From positions 576,001 to 640,000 of the forward strand of contig CAWFQL010000012.1 of the NCBI GenBank assembly GCA_963817915.1: a DNA stretch of 64,000 bases. Reading direction: 5' to 3'. This document shows positions 1-9,948 of this stretch, piece after piece; the stretch's first letter is position 1, and the number at the start of each line of letters is the position of its first letter. Source of the DNA: an uncultured candidate division Zixibacteria bacterium. GTDB lineage: Bacteria; Zixibacteria; MSB-5A5; UBA10806. A model generated the notes under the pieces. That model saw nothing but the letters and a program-made list of their open reading frames with translations. It did not search any database and had not been told where the DNA came from. A program made the position numbers and the translations under genes.

Positions 1-113
1 TAGTACCAGTCAAAATTTCGATACTGGACCTTATTTTGGCCGAATGTGGGTTCTTGCGCCGATGCTGTTACCGCCGCCATGATTGTCATTACGTATACAA
101 ATATTTTTCTCAT
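1..113 (-). CDS. N-terminus of a secreted or outer-membrane protein, probably peptidase MA/PD40/BamA-TamA type (runs off the window)
   Basis: Manual translation gives MRKIFVYVMTIMAAVTASAQEPTFGQNKVQYRNFDWY: a signal peptide plus the FGxNKVQY motif. RBS AGGTGAG lies upstream. Confidence 0.6.
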   Translation of the reverse strand, partial: MRKIFVYVMTIMAAVTASAQEPTFGQNKVQYRNFDWY

Positions 114-188
114 CTCACCTGCCCGTTAAGCTACTCTGTAAGGAATTAAACATCCCAATCGACGAGTCTGTTCCGAACTCCACCTCTA

Positions 189-1451
189 TTACACGACAAC
201 ACGAGATATATTCCCGCCAAGGCCGAGTAATTTATTTTCGATACTTTCATAACCCCGGTCGATATGATAAACTCTCAAGACTTCCGATTCCCCTTTGGCG
301 CCCAGTGTCGCCAGAACCAGCCCTGCCCCGGCGCGGATATCCGATGCCATTACCGAGGCACCGTTGAGCGGCATGCCGCCGGTGATGATGGCATCCTCGC
401 CCGATACCTTTATTTGCGCGCCGAGCCTCTGAAGTTCCATGACATGTGTAAATCTTTCAGTAAAGACAGTTTCTTTTATGTACGAAGTGCCATCGGCAAT
501 CAGGGCGTAAGACATGATCGCGGCCTGTAGGTCTGTTGGAAATCCTGGGTAAGGGAAGGTCGTGATTTTAACCGGCGCGGCTTTGCCTTTGCGGGACGCT
601 GATATACTATTTTTGCCGATTTTGAATGTCATGCCGGATTCGGTCAATTTGGATAGTAATATTTGAAGATCGTCGGCGTTGGCAGGAGCAAGCTCGATTT
701 TGCCGCCGCAGATTCCGGTGGCCAGAATAAATGTGCCGACTTCAAGGCGGTCGGGCATTACTTTATATTCAGCGCCGCGAAGTTTTTTGACGCCGGTAAT
801 TTCCATTCGAGTTGTGCCTTCGCCCTTAACTTTGGCTCCCATTCGATTGAGGAAATTGGCCAGATCGACAACTTCAGGGTCGCAGGCGGCATTGATGATT
901 GTGGTAGTGCCCTCGGCCAGGACGGCGGCCATCATGATGTTTTCGGTTCCGGTATGGCTGGGGCGGTCAAAGAAGATTTCGGCCCCTTTAAGAGCCTTGG
1001 CCATAGCGGTGATATACCCCTGACTTTCGTGAACCTTGGCGCCCAATCGTTCGAACCCGGCGACATGCTGATCGACAGGACGAGGACCAAGGACACATCC
1101 CCCTGGCAATGACACGCGGGCCTTGCCGATTCGTCCAAGGAGCGGTCCCATTACCAGGAATGACGCTCTCATCTTCCTGACCAGATCATATGGCGCGACA
1201 TGGCTCTTAATATTGGCAGCGTCGATGACCATGCTGCCGGCTTTTTCGTCGTGATCGACAGTGACTCCGAGCTCTTTGAGCACTCCGCCCATTGTCCGGA
1301 TATCAGCGAGATTAGGGATATTGGTCAATGTAGTCTTGCCATTTTCGGCCAATAATGATGCCACGATAATCGGTAATGCGGCGTTTTTCGAGCCGGAAAT
1401 CGCTACTTTTCCAGAGAGTTCATTGCCTCCCCTGACAATAAATTTATCCAT
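189..1451 (-). CDS. murA: UDP-N-acetylglucosamine 1-carboxyvinyltransferase
   Basis: SGSKNAALP, MRAS, SLPGGC, PYPGFPTDLQ, DIRAGA and HIDRGYE motifs. Confidence 0.98.
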   Translation of the reverse strand: MDKFIVRGGNELSGKVAISGSKNAALPIIVASLLAENGKTTLTNIPNLADIRTMGGVLKELGVTVDHDEKAGSMVIDAANIKSHVAPYDLVRKMRASFLVMGPLLGRIGKARVSLPGGCVLGPRPVDQHVAGFERLGAKVHESQGYITAMAKALKGAEIFFDRPSHTGTENIMMAAVLAEGTTTIINAACDPEVVDLANFLNRMGAKVKGEGTTRMEITGVKKLRGAEYKVMPDRLEVGTFILATGICGGKIELAPANADDLQILLSKLTESGMTFKIGKNSISASRKGKAAPVKITTFPYPGFPTDLQAAIMSYALIADGTSYIKETVFTERFTHVMELQRLGAQIKVSGEDAIITGGMPLNGASVMASDIRAGAGLVLATLGAKGESEVLRVYHIDRGYESIENKLLGLGGNISRVVV

Positions 1452-1559
1452 GATACCTTTCCATTTCGCTTTTTTTATCTTAAATCGGAACAGCCGTCCG
1501 ATTATACGTCATCAGATTCCTTTTGCTCCAAACTCGCCCATTATATTATAATTGTCGGC

Positions 1560-2297
1560 ATGGAGCAAGAATTAAGGGGGGGCAAAAAAGTATATTTCAT
1601 ATCCGATGCCCATTTGGGGATTCGCGAGAGTCCATCGGAGCGGGAAGACAGGCTGATCGCAGTACTGGATAGGGTAGAGGCCGATGGTTCGCATTTGTAT
1701 ATTGTCGGCGATCTGTTTGATTTCTGGTTCGAATATAAGTACGCTATTCCCGGAGCCTTCTTGAAAGTATTGGCGAAGCTGCTGAGGCTGACTCAGGCCG
1801 GGGTCAAGGTTTTCTATACGCCGGGGAATCATGATTTTTGGATGAGGGACTATCTCAAACGGCAAGCCGGAATCGAGCTTACCGGCGACTGGCTCGAGGT
1901 CAATCATTTCGGGAAACGGATCTATATCACTCACGGCGATGGCTTGCGCAGGGACGATGTCGGGTATCGTTTCATCAAACGGATATTTCGTAACCGTTTC
2001 TGTGTTTGGCTATATTCGCAGGTGCCGGTTAATCTGGCTTATCGAATGGCGATGGGGACATCGCATGCTTCCCGTCAATACACCAACTCCCGCAACCAGC
2101 GCGACCCGCACGATTATATCGAATTCGCGCGAACCAAGACAGCAGTCGGATACGACGCGGTGGTCATGGGGCATGTTCATCATCCGCAGATTGAGGATCT
2201 GGGCAATGGGCTGTACATCAACTGCGGCGACTTCTTCGAAAGCTTCAGCTATGTGATTCTGGATGAGCAGGGATTTAGGATGGAGAGGGCGGAGTAG
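1560..2297 (+). CDS. lpxH: UDP-2,3-diacylglucosamine diphosphatase (LpxH-like metallophosphoesterase)
   Basis: SDAHLG, GDLFDFWFEY, GNHD, HGD and GHVH motifs. Confidence 0.85.
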   Translation: MEQELRGGKKVYFISDAHLGIRESPSEREDRLIAVLDRVEADGSHLYIVGDLFDFWFEYKYAIPGAFLKVLAKLLRLTQAGVKVFYTPGNHDFWMRDYLKRQAGIELTGDWLEVNHFGKRIYITHGDGLRRDDVGYRFIKRIFRNRFCVWLYSQVPVNLAYRMAMGTSHASRQYTNSRNQRDPHDYIEFARTKTAVGYDAVVMGHVHHPQIEDLGNGLYINCGDFFESFSYVILDEQGFRMERAE

Positions 2298-2307
2298 GGA
2301 AAAGATC

Positions 2308-3519
2308 ATGGATAAAACTATTTTCAGAAATATTATTGAAAAAAATGAAAACGATTGTCTCGATTTCAAAATAAAATGTAAAGCATTTGAGTCAAAAGAA
2401 ATTGGTCCTAAAGCAGAATTAGCAAAGGATATTTGCGCCATGGCGAATAATGGCAATAAAACTAGTTACATTGTTATTGGCGTTTCAGACGATAAGAGAA
2501 ATTATTTGTCAATTTCCAATATGAAGCTTACTGAAGAAAATTTACAGGATTTCTGCAAAACTGCGATTTATCCTGTGCCTACCGTAAAGCTTTTTCGCGA
2601 TAAGTATCTGAAATCGTCATCTCGATTTTCAAATACAGAGTTCGCGGTCATCCAGATAGGCCCCCACGCAAAACAGGCGTTTAGGCTCGCGCGCGATTTT
2701 ATCAATCATGACGAAAAGGTAAGTTTTAGAAAAAATGAAGTATGGATTAGACGCGGAAGGATCAGCGATTTAGCGACGCCAGAGGAAATAGTTAATCTTA
2801 GTCGCAAAAATGCTAGACTGCATATCGAAAAAAGCGGGCATAATGTTGATTACTATAGGCTCCCTATGAAAGAAAAATATAATGCTATCATGAAGGACTT
2901 GAAAATTTTAATATCCGAACACCAGGGCAAGTTCTTAAAGCATGATTTCATCCTAAAATTATTTGAGGAAACTTTCGTCTTTAATATTCGAGTTGCTGAT
3001 AAATTCGGAAAGGATTTATTAGACTACTATCTTAGAGGTCGGGCTTTTGGGCATATTATTTTAGTTGTTTCGGTAAATAACGTTAGCCGTGGTTCCTTTT
3101 CGTCTTATTCGGATGTGTTATTCAAAGAAAATTGGGGTTGGTTTTCGAATTTTGAAATACATGGTGGCCAATCCGCCTATAATTATTTTGGAATATTTGT
3201 GCCACTTCAGAACAATTATATGCCATTTACAGTTATTTGTCTATCGAACGTAAGGAGCAGTGATCACCTTAGAAGGTCATTCTTAAGTCTTATAAATTAT
3301 TTAAATAGCGATATTAATGTCCAAAATAATTTGCAAGAATCCCGCGATATTATCAATTCTCAGCTTTTTGAATGGCTAAAACTCCCTAAGAAATTTGCTA
3401 CATTTCACAATATAAGAGACCAGGGAACGAAATTATCTCTAATATCATCGGCAAAGCGAGTGCTTAAATATAGTATGAGCGATACGGTAAAGTCCCTTTC
3501 GAAAAATACTATCGCCTAA
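2308..3519 (+). CDS. Schlafen/AlbA_2 domain protein with an unrecognised C-terminal region
   Basis: N-terminal ENDCLDFK...AMANNG..YIVIGVSD...WIRRG pattern of AlbA_2. Visibly AT-richer than its neighbours. Confidence 0.75.
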   Translation: MDKTIFRNIIEKNENDCLDFKIKCKAFESKEIGPKAELAKDICAMANNGNKTSYIVIGVSDDKRNYLSISNMKLTEENLQDFCKTAIYPVPTVKLFRDKYLKSSSRFSNTEFAVIQIGPHAKQAFRLARDFINHDEKVSFRKNEVWIRRGRISDLATPEEIVNLSRKNARLHIEKSGHNVDYYRLPMKEKYNAIMKDLKILISEHQGKFLKHDFILKLFEETFVFNIRVADKFGKDLLDYYLRGRAFGHIILVVSVNNVSRGSFSSYSDVLFKENWGWFSNFEIHGGQSAYNYFGIFVPLQNNYMPFTVICLSNVRSSDHLRRSFLSLINYLNSDINVQNNLQESRDIINSQLFEWLKLPKKFATFHNIRDQGTKLSLISSAKRVLKYSMSDTVKSLSKNTIA

Positions 3520-3550
3520 TTTATTCATTGCGAGCAACATAAATCAGTCG

Positions 3551-3823
3551 CCCAAATTTCTACGAAATTTAGGAATATGACCCAAAACCACAAGGGGTTT
3601 TGTGCTACAATCTTGAAACGGGTTGTTTCATCCTAATTTCATTTTATTGCTTCCTTTAATTATTTTCGTCATCATCCATTTTCGTTTTTCATTTCTGCGC
3701 CACATTAAGTCCGCGGTAGCCGGACAACTAATGTGGCGCTGGATCCCAGGATCCACATCGTCACATTTTCCGGCTGTCGCCGGACTAGAAAGCGGGGCCC
3801 CCGTCCTTCCATCTATCGGGGGT
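3551..3823. repeat. Cluster of short REP-like palindromes
   Basis: CCCAAATTTC-TAC-GAAATTTAGG; CAAAACC-ACAAGG-GGTTTTG followed by CTAC (GTAG on the minus strand); GCGCCACATTA...TAATGTGGCGC; TGGATCC-CA-GGATCCA; TCCGGC-TGTC-GCCGGA. Confidence 0.7.
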
Positions 3824-3856
3824 TTTGAAAACAAATGCTGGTTGAACGGTTTTGGA

Positions 3857-4462
3857 CGGTGAACCATCAGGAAAGGGTTCCTGACGGTGCGGAGGTAGGA
3901 TGCGGTCACGGCAGGCCCGCCACCGGCGGATAAACCGTGACACGCAGGAAATTTATTCCTGCCGTAGAGACGCAAGATTTTGCGTCTCTACCAAGACGGA
4001 TGATACGCTGGGTTCGTGTCGGCTGAGGGCAGCCGACACCACGGGAGGTCGCGCAATGGCGGGGCAAGATTCCGCATCAAGCTCTCTTGAGTCCGGCGAC
4101 AGACGGATGCGGAATGACAGGTTTGTCATTCATGCGGTGAACCGTCAGGAAGGGGTTCCTGACGGCGCGGAGGTAGGATGCGGTCACGGCAAGCCGTGAC
4201 ACGCAGGAAATTTATGCCTGCCGTAGAGACGCAAGATTTTGCGTCTCTACAAAGACGATGATAAGCAACTTTCGTGTCGGCTGAGGGCAGCCGACACCAC
4301 GGGAGGTCGCGCAATGGCGGGGCAAGATTCCGCATCAAGCTCTCTTGAGTCCGGCGACTGACGGATGCGGAATGACAGGTTTATACTGGTGGGGGTAGCC
4401 GACACCGCGAAAAGGTTCGCAATGGCCGGGCAAGATTCGCGTCAAGTGCGGAATGACAGGTT
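3857..4462. repeat. Tandem composite REP/BIME-like repeat: copy 1 at 3857-4124, copy 2 at 4135-4382, partial copy 3 at 4397-4462
   Basis: Near-identical direct repeats. Each full unit holds about 6 hairpins, including GTAGAGACGCAAGATTTTGCGTCTCTAC (3964-3991, 4223-4250) and GTGTCGGCTGAGGGCAGCCGACAC (4016-4039, 4274-4297). Confidence 0.92.
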
Positions 4463-4542
4463 GGCGCGATATAATTCCAGATTGATATTGACTATATGCC
4501 GCACCCAATTATATTTGGATTTCTTTAGGATAAGGATTGCCG

Positions 4543-6765
4543 ATGGAACCGAAAGTAGATTTAAAATTAGCCAAAGAGCACGGACTCAGCGAAGAGGAAT
4601 ATAAGAAAATCCTCGCCATTCTCGGACGAACGCCGTCCTACACCGAGCTTGGAATATTCTCCGTCATGTGGTCGGAGCATTGCTCATATAAAAATTCCAT
4701 AGCTCAATTGAAAACATTGCCGCGCGAGGGCCCGGCGCTTCTGGCCAAAACCGGCGAGGAGAATGCCGGAGCTATCGATATCGGCGATGGGCTGGCGGTG
4801 GTATTCAAGATCGAATCGCATAATCACCCATCGGCGGTGGAGCCATATCAGGGAGCGGCCACCGGAGTCGGCGGTATTTTGCGCGATATATTCACGATGG
4901 GCGCCAGGCCGATTGCGGTTTTAAATTCGCTTCGTTTCGGATCGCTTGAGAATCCGCATGTGCGCTATCTATTCGATGGTGTCGTGCGCGGTGTCGGCGA
5001 TTACGGCAATTGCTTTGGCGTACCGGATGTCGGCGGCGAAATCTATTTCGAGGATGCCTACACCGGGAATCCGTTGGTCAACGCCATGGCGATCGGAATT
5101 GCCAAACATTCGGAATTGATTTCCGCGGTAAGCAAGGGCGAGGGGAATATCGTATTGGTGGTCGGCTCATCGACAGGCCGGGACGGTATTCACGGCGCCA
5201 CATTCGCATCGGAAGAGCTAACCGAGAAATCGCAGGCGCGAAGACCATCGGTGCAGATAGGCGATCCCTTCACGGAAAAATTACTGCTCGAAGCATCGCT
5301 GGAAATAATTCGTCAGAAGTTGATTGTCGGTATTCAGGATATGGGAGCGGCGGGGCTGACCTGCTCGTCATCGGAGATGTCCGCGAGGGGCAAATCGGGT
5401 ATGAAGATTTCAGTCGATGAAGTTCCTGTACGTGAAGAGATGATGACTCCCTACGAAATCATGCTTTCGGAATCGCAGGAGCGAATGCTGGTTATCTGCA
5501 CGCCCGAAAAATTAGATGAAGTCAAAGCGGTATTCAAAAAATGGGAGCTTCACGCCAAAGAGATCGGCCAGGTAATTTCGGGCGGGCAATTGGTCGTGAC
5601 ATCAGGCGGCACTGTTGTCGCGGATATTTCGGCGGAATCATTGGTGCTTGGCGGCGGCGCGCCTGTTTATGTGCGCGAGCAGAAACGGCCGGCATATTTG
5701 GATGATATCGAGAAATTTGATTTGGGCTCAATTGCAATTCCGCGCGATCTAAACAAGATTCTCGAGCAATTATTGGGGACTCCGAGTATAGCATCCAAAC
5801 GATGGGTATATGAGCAATACGATACATCGGTAAGGACTGCCACGGCTGTTGGGCCGGGATCATCGGCGGGAGTTATTAGAATTCGCAAAACCAAGAAAGC
5901 GTTGGCTATTTCGACAGATTGCAATGGCCGTTACTGCTACTTGAGCCCGAGAGAGGGGACGAAAATCGCGGTGGCGGAATCGGCGTTGAATGTGGCAGTA
6001 GCCGGAGGCAAACCGGCGGCGATAACCAACTGCCTGAATTTCGGCAATCCATACAATCCGGAAATATATTATCAGTTCGCGGAATGTATCGCCGGAATGG
6101 GCGAGGCATGTACCGTATTACAAACTCCGGTAACAGGCGGCAATGTCAGTTTCTATAATGAAGACCCAAAAAGAACTGTATATCCCACGCCTGTAATAGG
6201 GATGGTTGGAATTATCGATGATGTAAAAAATATCACGACCAATGATTTTAAGGCGACGGGGCACGACATTTATCTGATCGGCGAAAATAGAGATGAAATC
6301 GGCGGCTCGGAATATTTGAAGACTATTCATAATCTGATCAGCGGAAAAGTACCGGCACTCGATCTACGGGTTCATTCGAAAACTATCGAATTAATCTTAG
6401 AATTGATAAAGTCAGGGCTAGTGACTTCGGCGCAGGATTTATCCGATGGCGGCCTGGCAGTCGGTCTGGCGGAATGCTGTTTTAAGAATGGAATCGGGGC
6501 AGAGGTAAGATTGGAATTAAGCGCCCGCAATGACAGCCTGCTTTTCGGCGAGACACAATCACGAGTAATTTTTACGGCATTGCCCGATAATGATAAATCG
6601 ATTTTATCAATTGCCGAAAAATATAAAATCCCGGTGACCAAAATCGGCAAAACCGGCGGCGATAAATTGAAAATTAATGATATTATAGATAGACCTGTCA
6701 GCAAGCTTCGCAATATTTATGAAAATACTATTCCAAAATTGATGGAAACTGTCGCGACCGCTTAG
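4543..6765 (+). CDS. purL: Phosphoribosylformylglycinamidine synthase subunit PurL
   Basis: [37 protein letters not shown] and GGNVSFYN motifs. Confidence 0.98.
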   Translation: MEPKVDLKLAKEHGLSEEEYKKILAILGRTPSYTELGIFSVMWSEHCSYKNSIAQLKTLPREGPALLAKTGEENAGAIDIGDGLAVVFKIESHNHPSAVEPYQGAATGVGGILRDIFTMGARPIAVLNSLRFGSLENPHVRYLFDGVVRGVGDYGNCFGVPDVGGEIYFEDAYTGNPLVNAMAIGIAKHSELISAVSKGEGNIVLVVGSSTGRDGIHGATFASEELTEKSQARRPSVQIGDPFTEKLLLEASLEIIRQKLIVGIQDMGAAGLTCSSSEMSARGKSGMKISVDEVPVREEMMTPYEIMLSESQERMLVICTPEKLDEVKAVFKKWELHAKEIGQVISGGQLVVTSGGTVVADISAESLVLGGGAPVYVREQKRPAYLDDIEKFDLGSIAIPRDLNKILEQLLGTPSIASKRWVYEQYDTSVRTATAVGPGSSAGVIRIRKTKKALAISTDCNGRYCYLSPREGTKIAVAESALNVAVAGGKPAAITNCLNFGNPYNPEIYYQFAECIAGMGEACTVLQTPVTGGNVSFYNEDPKRTVYPTPVIGMVGIIDDVKNITTNDFKATGHDIYLIGENRDEIGGSEYLKTIHNLISGKVPALDLRVHSKTIELILELIKSGLVTSAQDLSDGGLAVGLAECCFKNGIGAEVRLELSARNDSLLFGETQSRVIFTALPDNDKSILSIAEKYKIPVTKIGKTGGDKLKINDIIDRPVSKLRNIYENTIPKLMETVATA

Positions 6766-7304
6766 CGGGTCATTTCCAACGCTATCAATTGATTTCTATA
6801 ATTCTCTCTAACAGACTTTAAAAATTCTATAGCCAAATCCTGGCAATAATCCGGATACGACCAGGGGTTAGCGACAAATTCGCCCCTGATATAGCGCAAA
6901 GTTAGCTCGGCCCAGATATGATCGCGCAAATATATTCGATGCGAAAAATTCTTGGTTGAGGCTAAGACCAATTTGGATTCTTCTAAATAGCCGGGATCGA
7001 GATTAACTGTTCGTTTGCCGTCGTGTGAAAATTTGGTTTCGATCTCGATTGTCTCATTCTTGATATCTGCCAATGAATCGGGCATGACAAGTTTTTCGAA
7101 GGAGTAAAACTGCTTGGATAAATTGGATCCCATTTCGTCATTATAGTATTCGGTGAATGTAAATTTGAATTGCTGTGATTTATGATCGATCAATCCGAAT
7201 TTCGATACCAGAATTTTATCCACTGAATCCAGATCGACAGCGTTATCGAATAGCACGCCGCAGATCAATTTAACAGGTTTAACTTCAGGTTTTCCGGCGG
7301 ACAT
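6762..7304 (-). CDS. DUF4416 family protein
   Basis: FTEYYxx[27 protein letters not shown] and WSYPDY motifs. Start is uncertain (7304 or 7322). Confidence 0.85.
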   Translation of the reverse strand: MSAGKPEVKPVKLICGVLFDNAVDLDSVDKILVSKFGLIDHKSQQFKFTFTEYYNDEMGSNLSKQFYSFEKLVMPDSLADIKNETIEIETKFSHDGKRTVNLDPGYLEESKLVLASTKNFSHRIYLRDHIWAELTLRYIRGEFVANPWSYPDYCQDLAIEFLKSVRENYRNQLIALEMTR

Positions 7305-7959
7305 CGGCGCATGCCTTGACACACAACCCGCAAATCAGCAAGTTGTAATTTTTTTCGTGGGCGAACTGTTTTATCTGAGTGTAGCACTTATCGAAGTCGT
7401 AACCGTTCTCGGTGATAGCATCGGCAGGACAGGCCATCATGCAGGCCATGCAATCGTCGCAATCATTTTCGATTGGCGAATCAAGAGTCAACGGCATGTC
7501 GGTGAATAATGATGCAAGCCTTATCCCCGCGCCGAAATCGGGATGAATCAGCAGATTGTTTTTGCCCATAAAGCCGATTCCGGCTTCGACAGCGGCATGA
7601 CGGTGCGACAAGTGGGAATTCTGTTTTTTGAAATCGATTATGAACGACGCCGCGACAGGAATGACATCGTAGCCTTTGTGCTGAATCAAGCGCGCTATTT
7701 GATGGGTGATATCATCAAGAGCGGCGTTCACCTGGCGGTAATGGGTCTTATAAATCTGATTGGGGCGGTCGACCAAGGATTCCAAAACAGCCTTCTGCAA
7801 TCGAATCCCGATGCTGATCGTAAATGGCAATTTCTTCACGGAGTCATGCAATTCCGGATCGATATATTTGTAAAGCTTCGATGTCTCCGCTACGCCGAAC
7901 GCGTCGACGCCCTTTTCGATTGCGAATTGTCTCAGCAATTCATGGTTCTCGGTGATCAT
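7285..7959 (-). CDS. QueG-like / epoxyqueuosine reductase-family 4Fe-4S protein
   Basis: SHRHAAVEAGIG..GKNNLL motif plus CxxCxxCxxxCP and C...CGLCVKAC clusters. Confidence 0.75.
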   Translation of the reverse strand: MITENHELLRQFAIEKGVDAFGVAETSKLYKYIDPELHDSVKKLPFTISIGIRLQKAVLESLVDRPNQIYKTHYRQVNAALDDITHQIARLIQHKGYDVIPVAASFIIDFKKQNSHLSHRHAAVEAGIGFMGKNNLLIHPDFGAGIRLASLFTDMPLTLDSPIENDCDDCMACMMACPADAITENGYDFDKCYTQIKQFAHEKNYNLLICGLCVKACADVRRKT

Positions 7960-8012
7960 ACTAAGGAATGGTAAAGATTTTAACGGCGAATGTCAAATTG
8001 CATCGGACTTTG

Positions 8013-8140
8013 GTAGGGTCGGGGTCCCTGACAATAGTGCGGGACTTAAGTCGTCAGGAAGGGATTCCTGACGACGCAAAGACGGATGCTACCCACGGAT
8101 TGCTTCGTCGTCCGGCAACTGCCGGACTCCTCGCAAAGAC
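8013..8140. repeat. Second REP-like hairpin cluster
   Basis: GTCGTCAGGAA-GGGA-TTCCTGACGAC (8050-8075) matches the first hairpin of the 3857 and 4135 units. GATTGCTTCGTCG...CTCCTCGCAAAGAC (8098-8140) encloses TCCGGC-AACT-GCCGGA. Confidence 0.8.
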
Positions 8141-8275
8141 TATTAAGCAGGGTTTAGAGACAGGCTCAAAAATTTTGACGAAGCGGGTGTTTGCATTTGC
8201 GTATAATCCCGGTGAAATGTCATTGACTCTCTTAATTTCATAGAGTAATTTGATTTATCAGCAAATTATGGAGGA

Positions 8276-9935
8276 ATGGTGGATTTAAAAAATATAAAGG
8301 CGCCCCGCGGTAATAAGCTCACATGCAAGAGCTGGCAGCAAGAAGGGGCCTATAGAATGCTTCTCAATAATCTCGATGCCGAGGTGGCCGAGAAACCCGA
8401 AGAGCTTGTAGTCTATGGCGGAATCGGTAAGGCTGCCCGCAATAAGGAATGCCTGATGGCAATCCTGGATTCGCTCAGGAATTTAGAGAATGATGAAACG
8501 TTGCTGGTTCAATCGGGCAAGCCGGTCGGGATTTTCAGGACACACGAATATTCGCCGCGAGTACTGATCGCCAATTCCAATCTGGTGCCAAAATGGGCGA
8601 CCTGGGATGAGTTTAGAAGGCTTGATAAATTGGGACTGATCATGTACGGCCAAATGACGGCCGGATCGTGGATTTATATAGGCACTCAGGGGATATTGCA
8701 GGGGACTTATGAGACATTCATAGCCGCAGGTGAGCAGCATTTCGCTGGCGACTTATCAGGCAAATTTATCCTGACTGGCGGTATGGGCGGAATGGGTGGA
8801 GCTCAGCCATTGGCAGGGACAATGGCGGGCGCTGTGATTCTGATTGTCGAAGTGGATGAAAAACGGATAGATCGGCGTATCGCCAATGGCTATTGCGACA
8901 GGAAAGCTCAGGACGCTTGACGATGCCATGAAGCTGGTCAATGGGGCTGTCAAGGCCAAGGTGCCGCTCTCGGTCGGGCTGGTCGGGAACTGCGCGGATA
9001 TCCTGCCGGAGATGGTAAGACGGGGAATAGTACCTGATATGGTCACCGATCAGACATCGGCGCATGACGAACTCAATGGCTATATTCCGCATGGAGTCTC
9101 GTATGAAGAGGCTTTAGCGTTAAGAAAATCAAATCCCGATAAATATATGAAAATGGCCTTTGAATCGATGGCGATTCATACGCAGGCGATTCTCGATCTG
9201 CAGAAAAAAGGATCGATCTGTTTCGATTATGGCAACAATTTGCGTGGACAGGCCCAAAAAGCTGGAGTCAAGAACGCGTTCGACTATCCCGGATTCGTGC
9301 CAGCGTATGTCAGGCCGCTATTTTGCCAGGGCAAGGGGCCGTTCAGATGGGCCGCCTTATCCGGCGATCCGAAGGATATCGTAGTCACTGATCAGGCTGT
9401 GTTGAGGCTATTCCCGGATAATAAGCCGTTGGCGCGATGGATAAAAATGGCTGAAGAAAAGGTGCACTATCAAGGATTGCCCGCGAGGATTTGCTGGCTG
9501 GGATATGGCGAACGGGATAAGCTCGGCTTGGAATTCAATAGGCTTGTCAGAGATGGCAAAATCACCGCGCCGATCGTAATCGGCCGCGACCATCTCGACT
9601 GCGGCTCGGTGGCATCGCCTAACCGCGAGACCGAAAGCATGAAGGACGGCAGTGACGCTATCGCCGATTGGCCGTTGCTTAACGCCATGCTCAATACGGC
9701 ATCGGGTGCGTCTTGGGTATCGATTCATCATGGCGGCGGGGTCGGCATGGGGCTTTCGATCCATGCGGGACAGGTATTAGTTGCGGATGGGACTAAGGAG
9801 ATGGATAATCGAATCGAACGAGTTCTGACCAACGACCCTGGTATAGGCGTGGCGCGCCATGTCGACGCCGGATACGAAGAAGCTATCAATGTAGCCGATA
9901 AAAAGGGTATCAACATACCGATGAGGAAGAAGTAG
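8276..9935 (+). CDS. hutU: Urocanate hydratase, split by a frameshift near 8905-8915 (probable sequence error)
   Basis: ORF 8276-8920 ([23 protein letters not shown]) and ORF 8886-9935 ([28 protein letters not shown]) together make a full HutU. Confidence 0.95.
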
Positions 9936-9948
9936 GAATATAGATAAA

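Noticed and set aside
3857..4462. CRISPR array
   Set aside because: The whole ~270-bp unit is duplicated, there are no unique spacers between short repeats, and no cas genes are present.
3623..4604. Short ORFs over the repeat region (3623, 3628, 3900, 4126, 4365)
   Set aside because: They are translations of GC-rich palindromes with no protein motifs.
7285..7959. Respiratory reductive dehalogenase RdhA
   Set aside because: Only 224 aa, with no Tat signal and no rdhB; it fits the small QueG-like family better.
8886..8920. Programmed frameshifting in hutU and other split genes
   Set aside because: There is no shared slippery motif across the sites, and the pattern fits sequencing indels.
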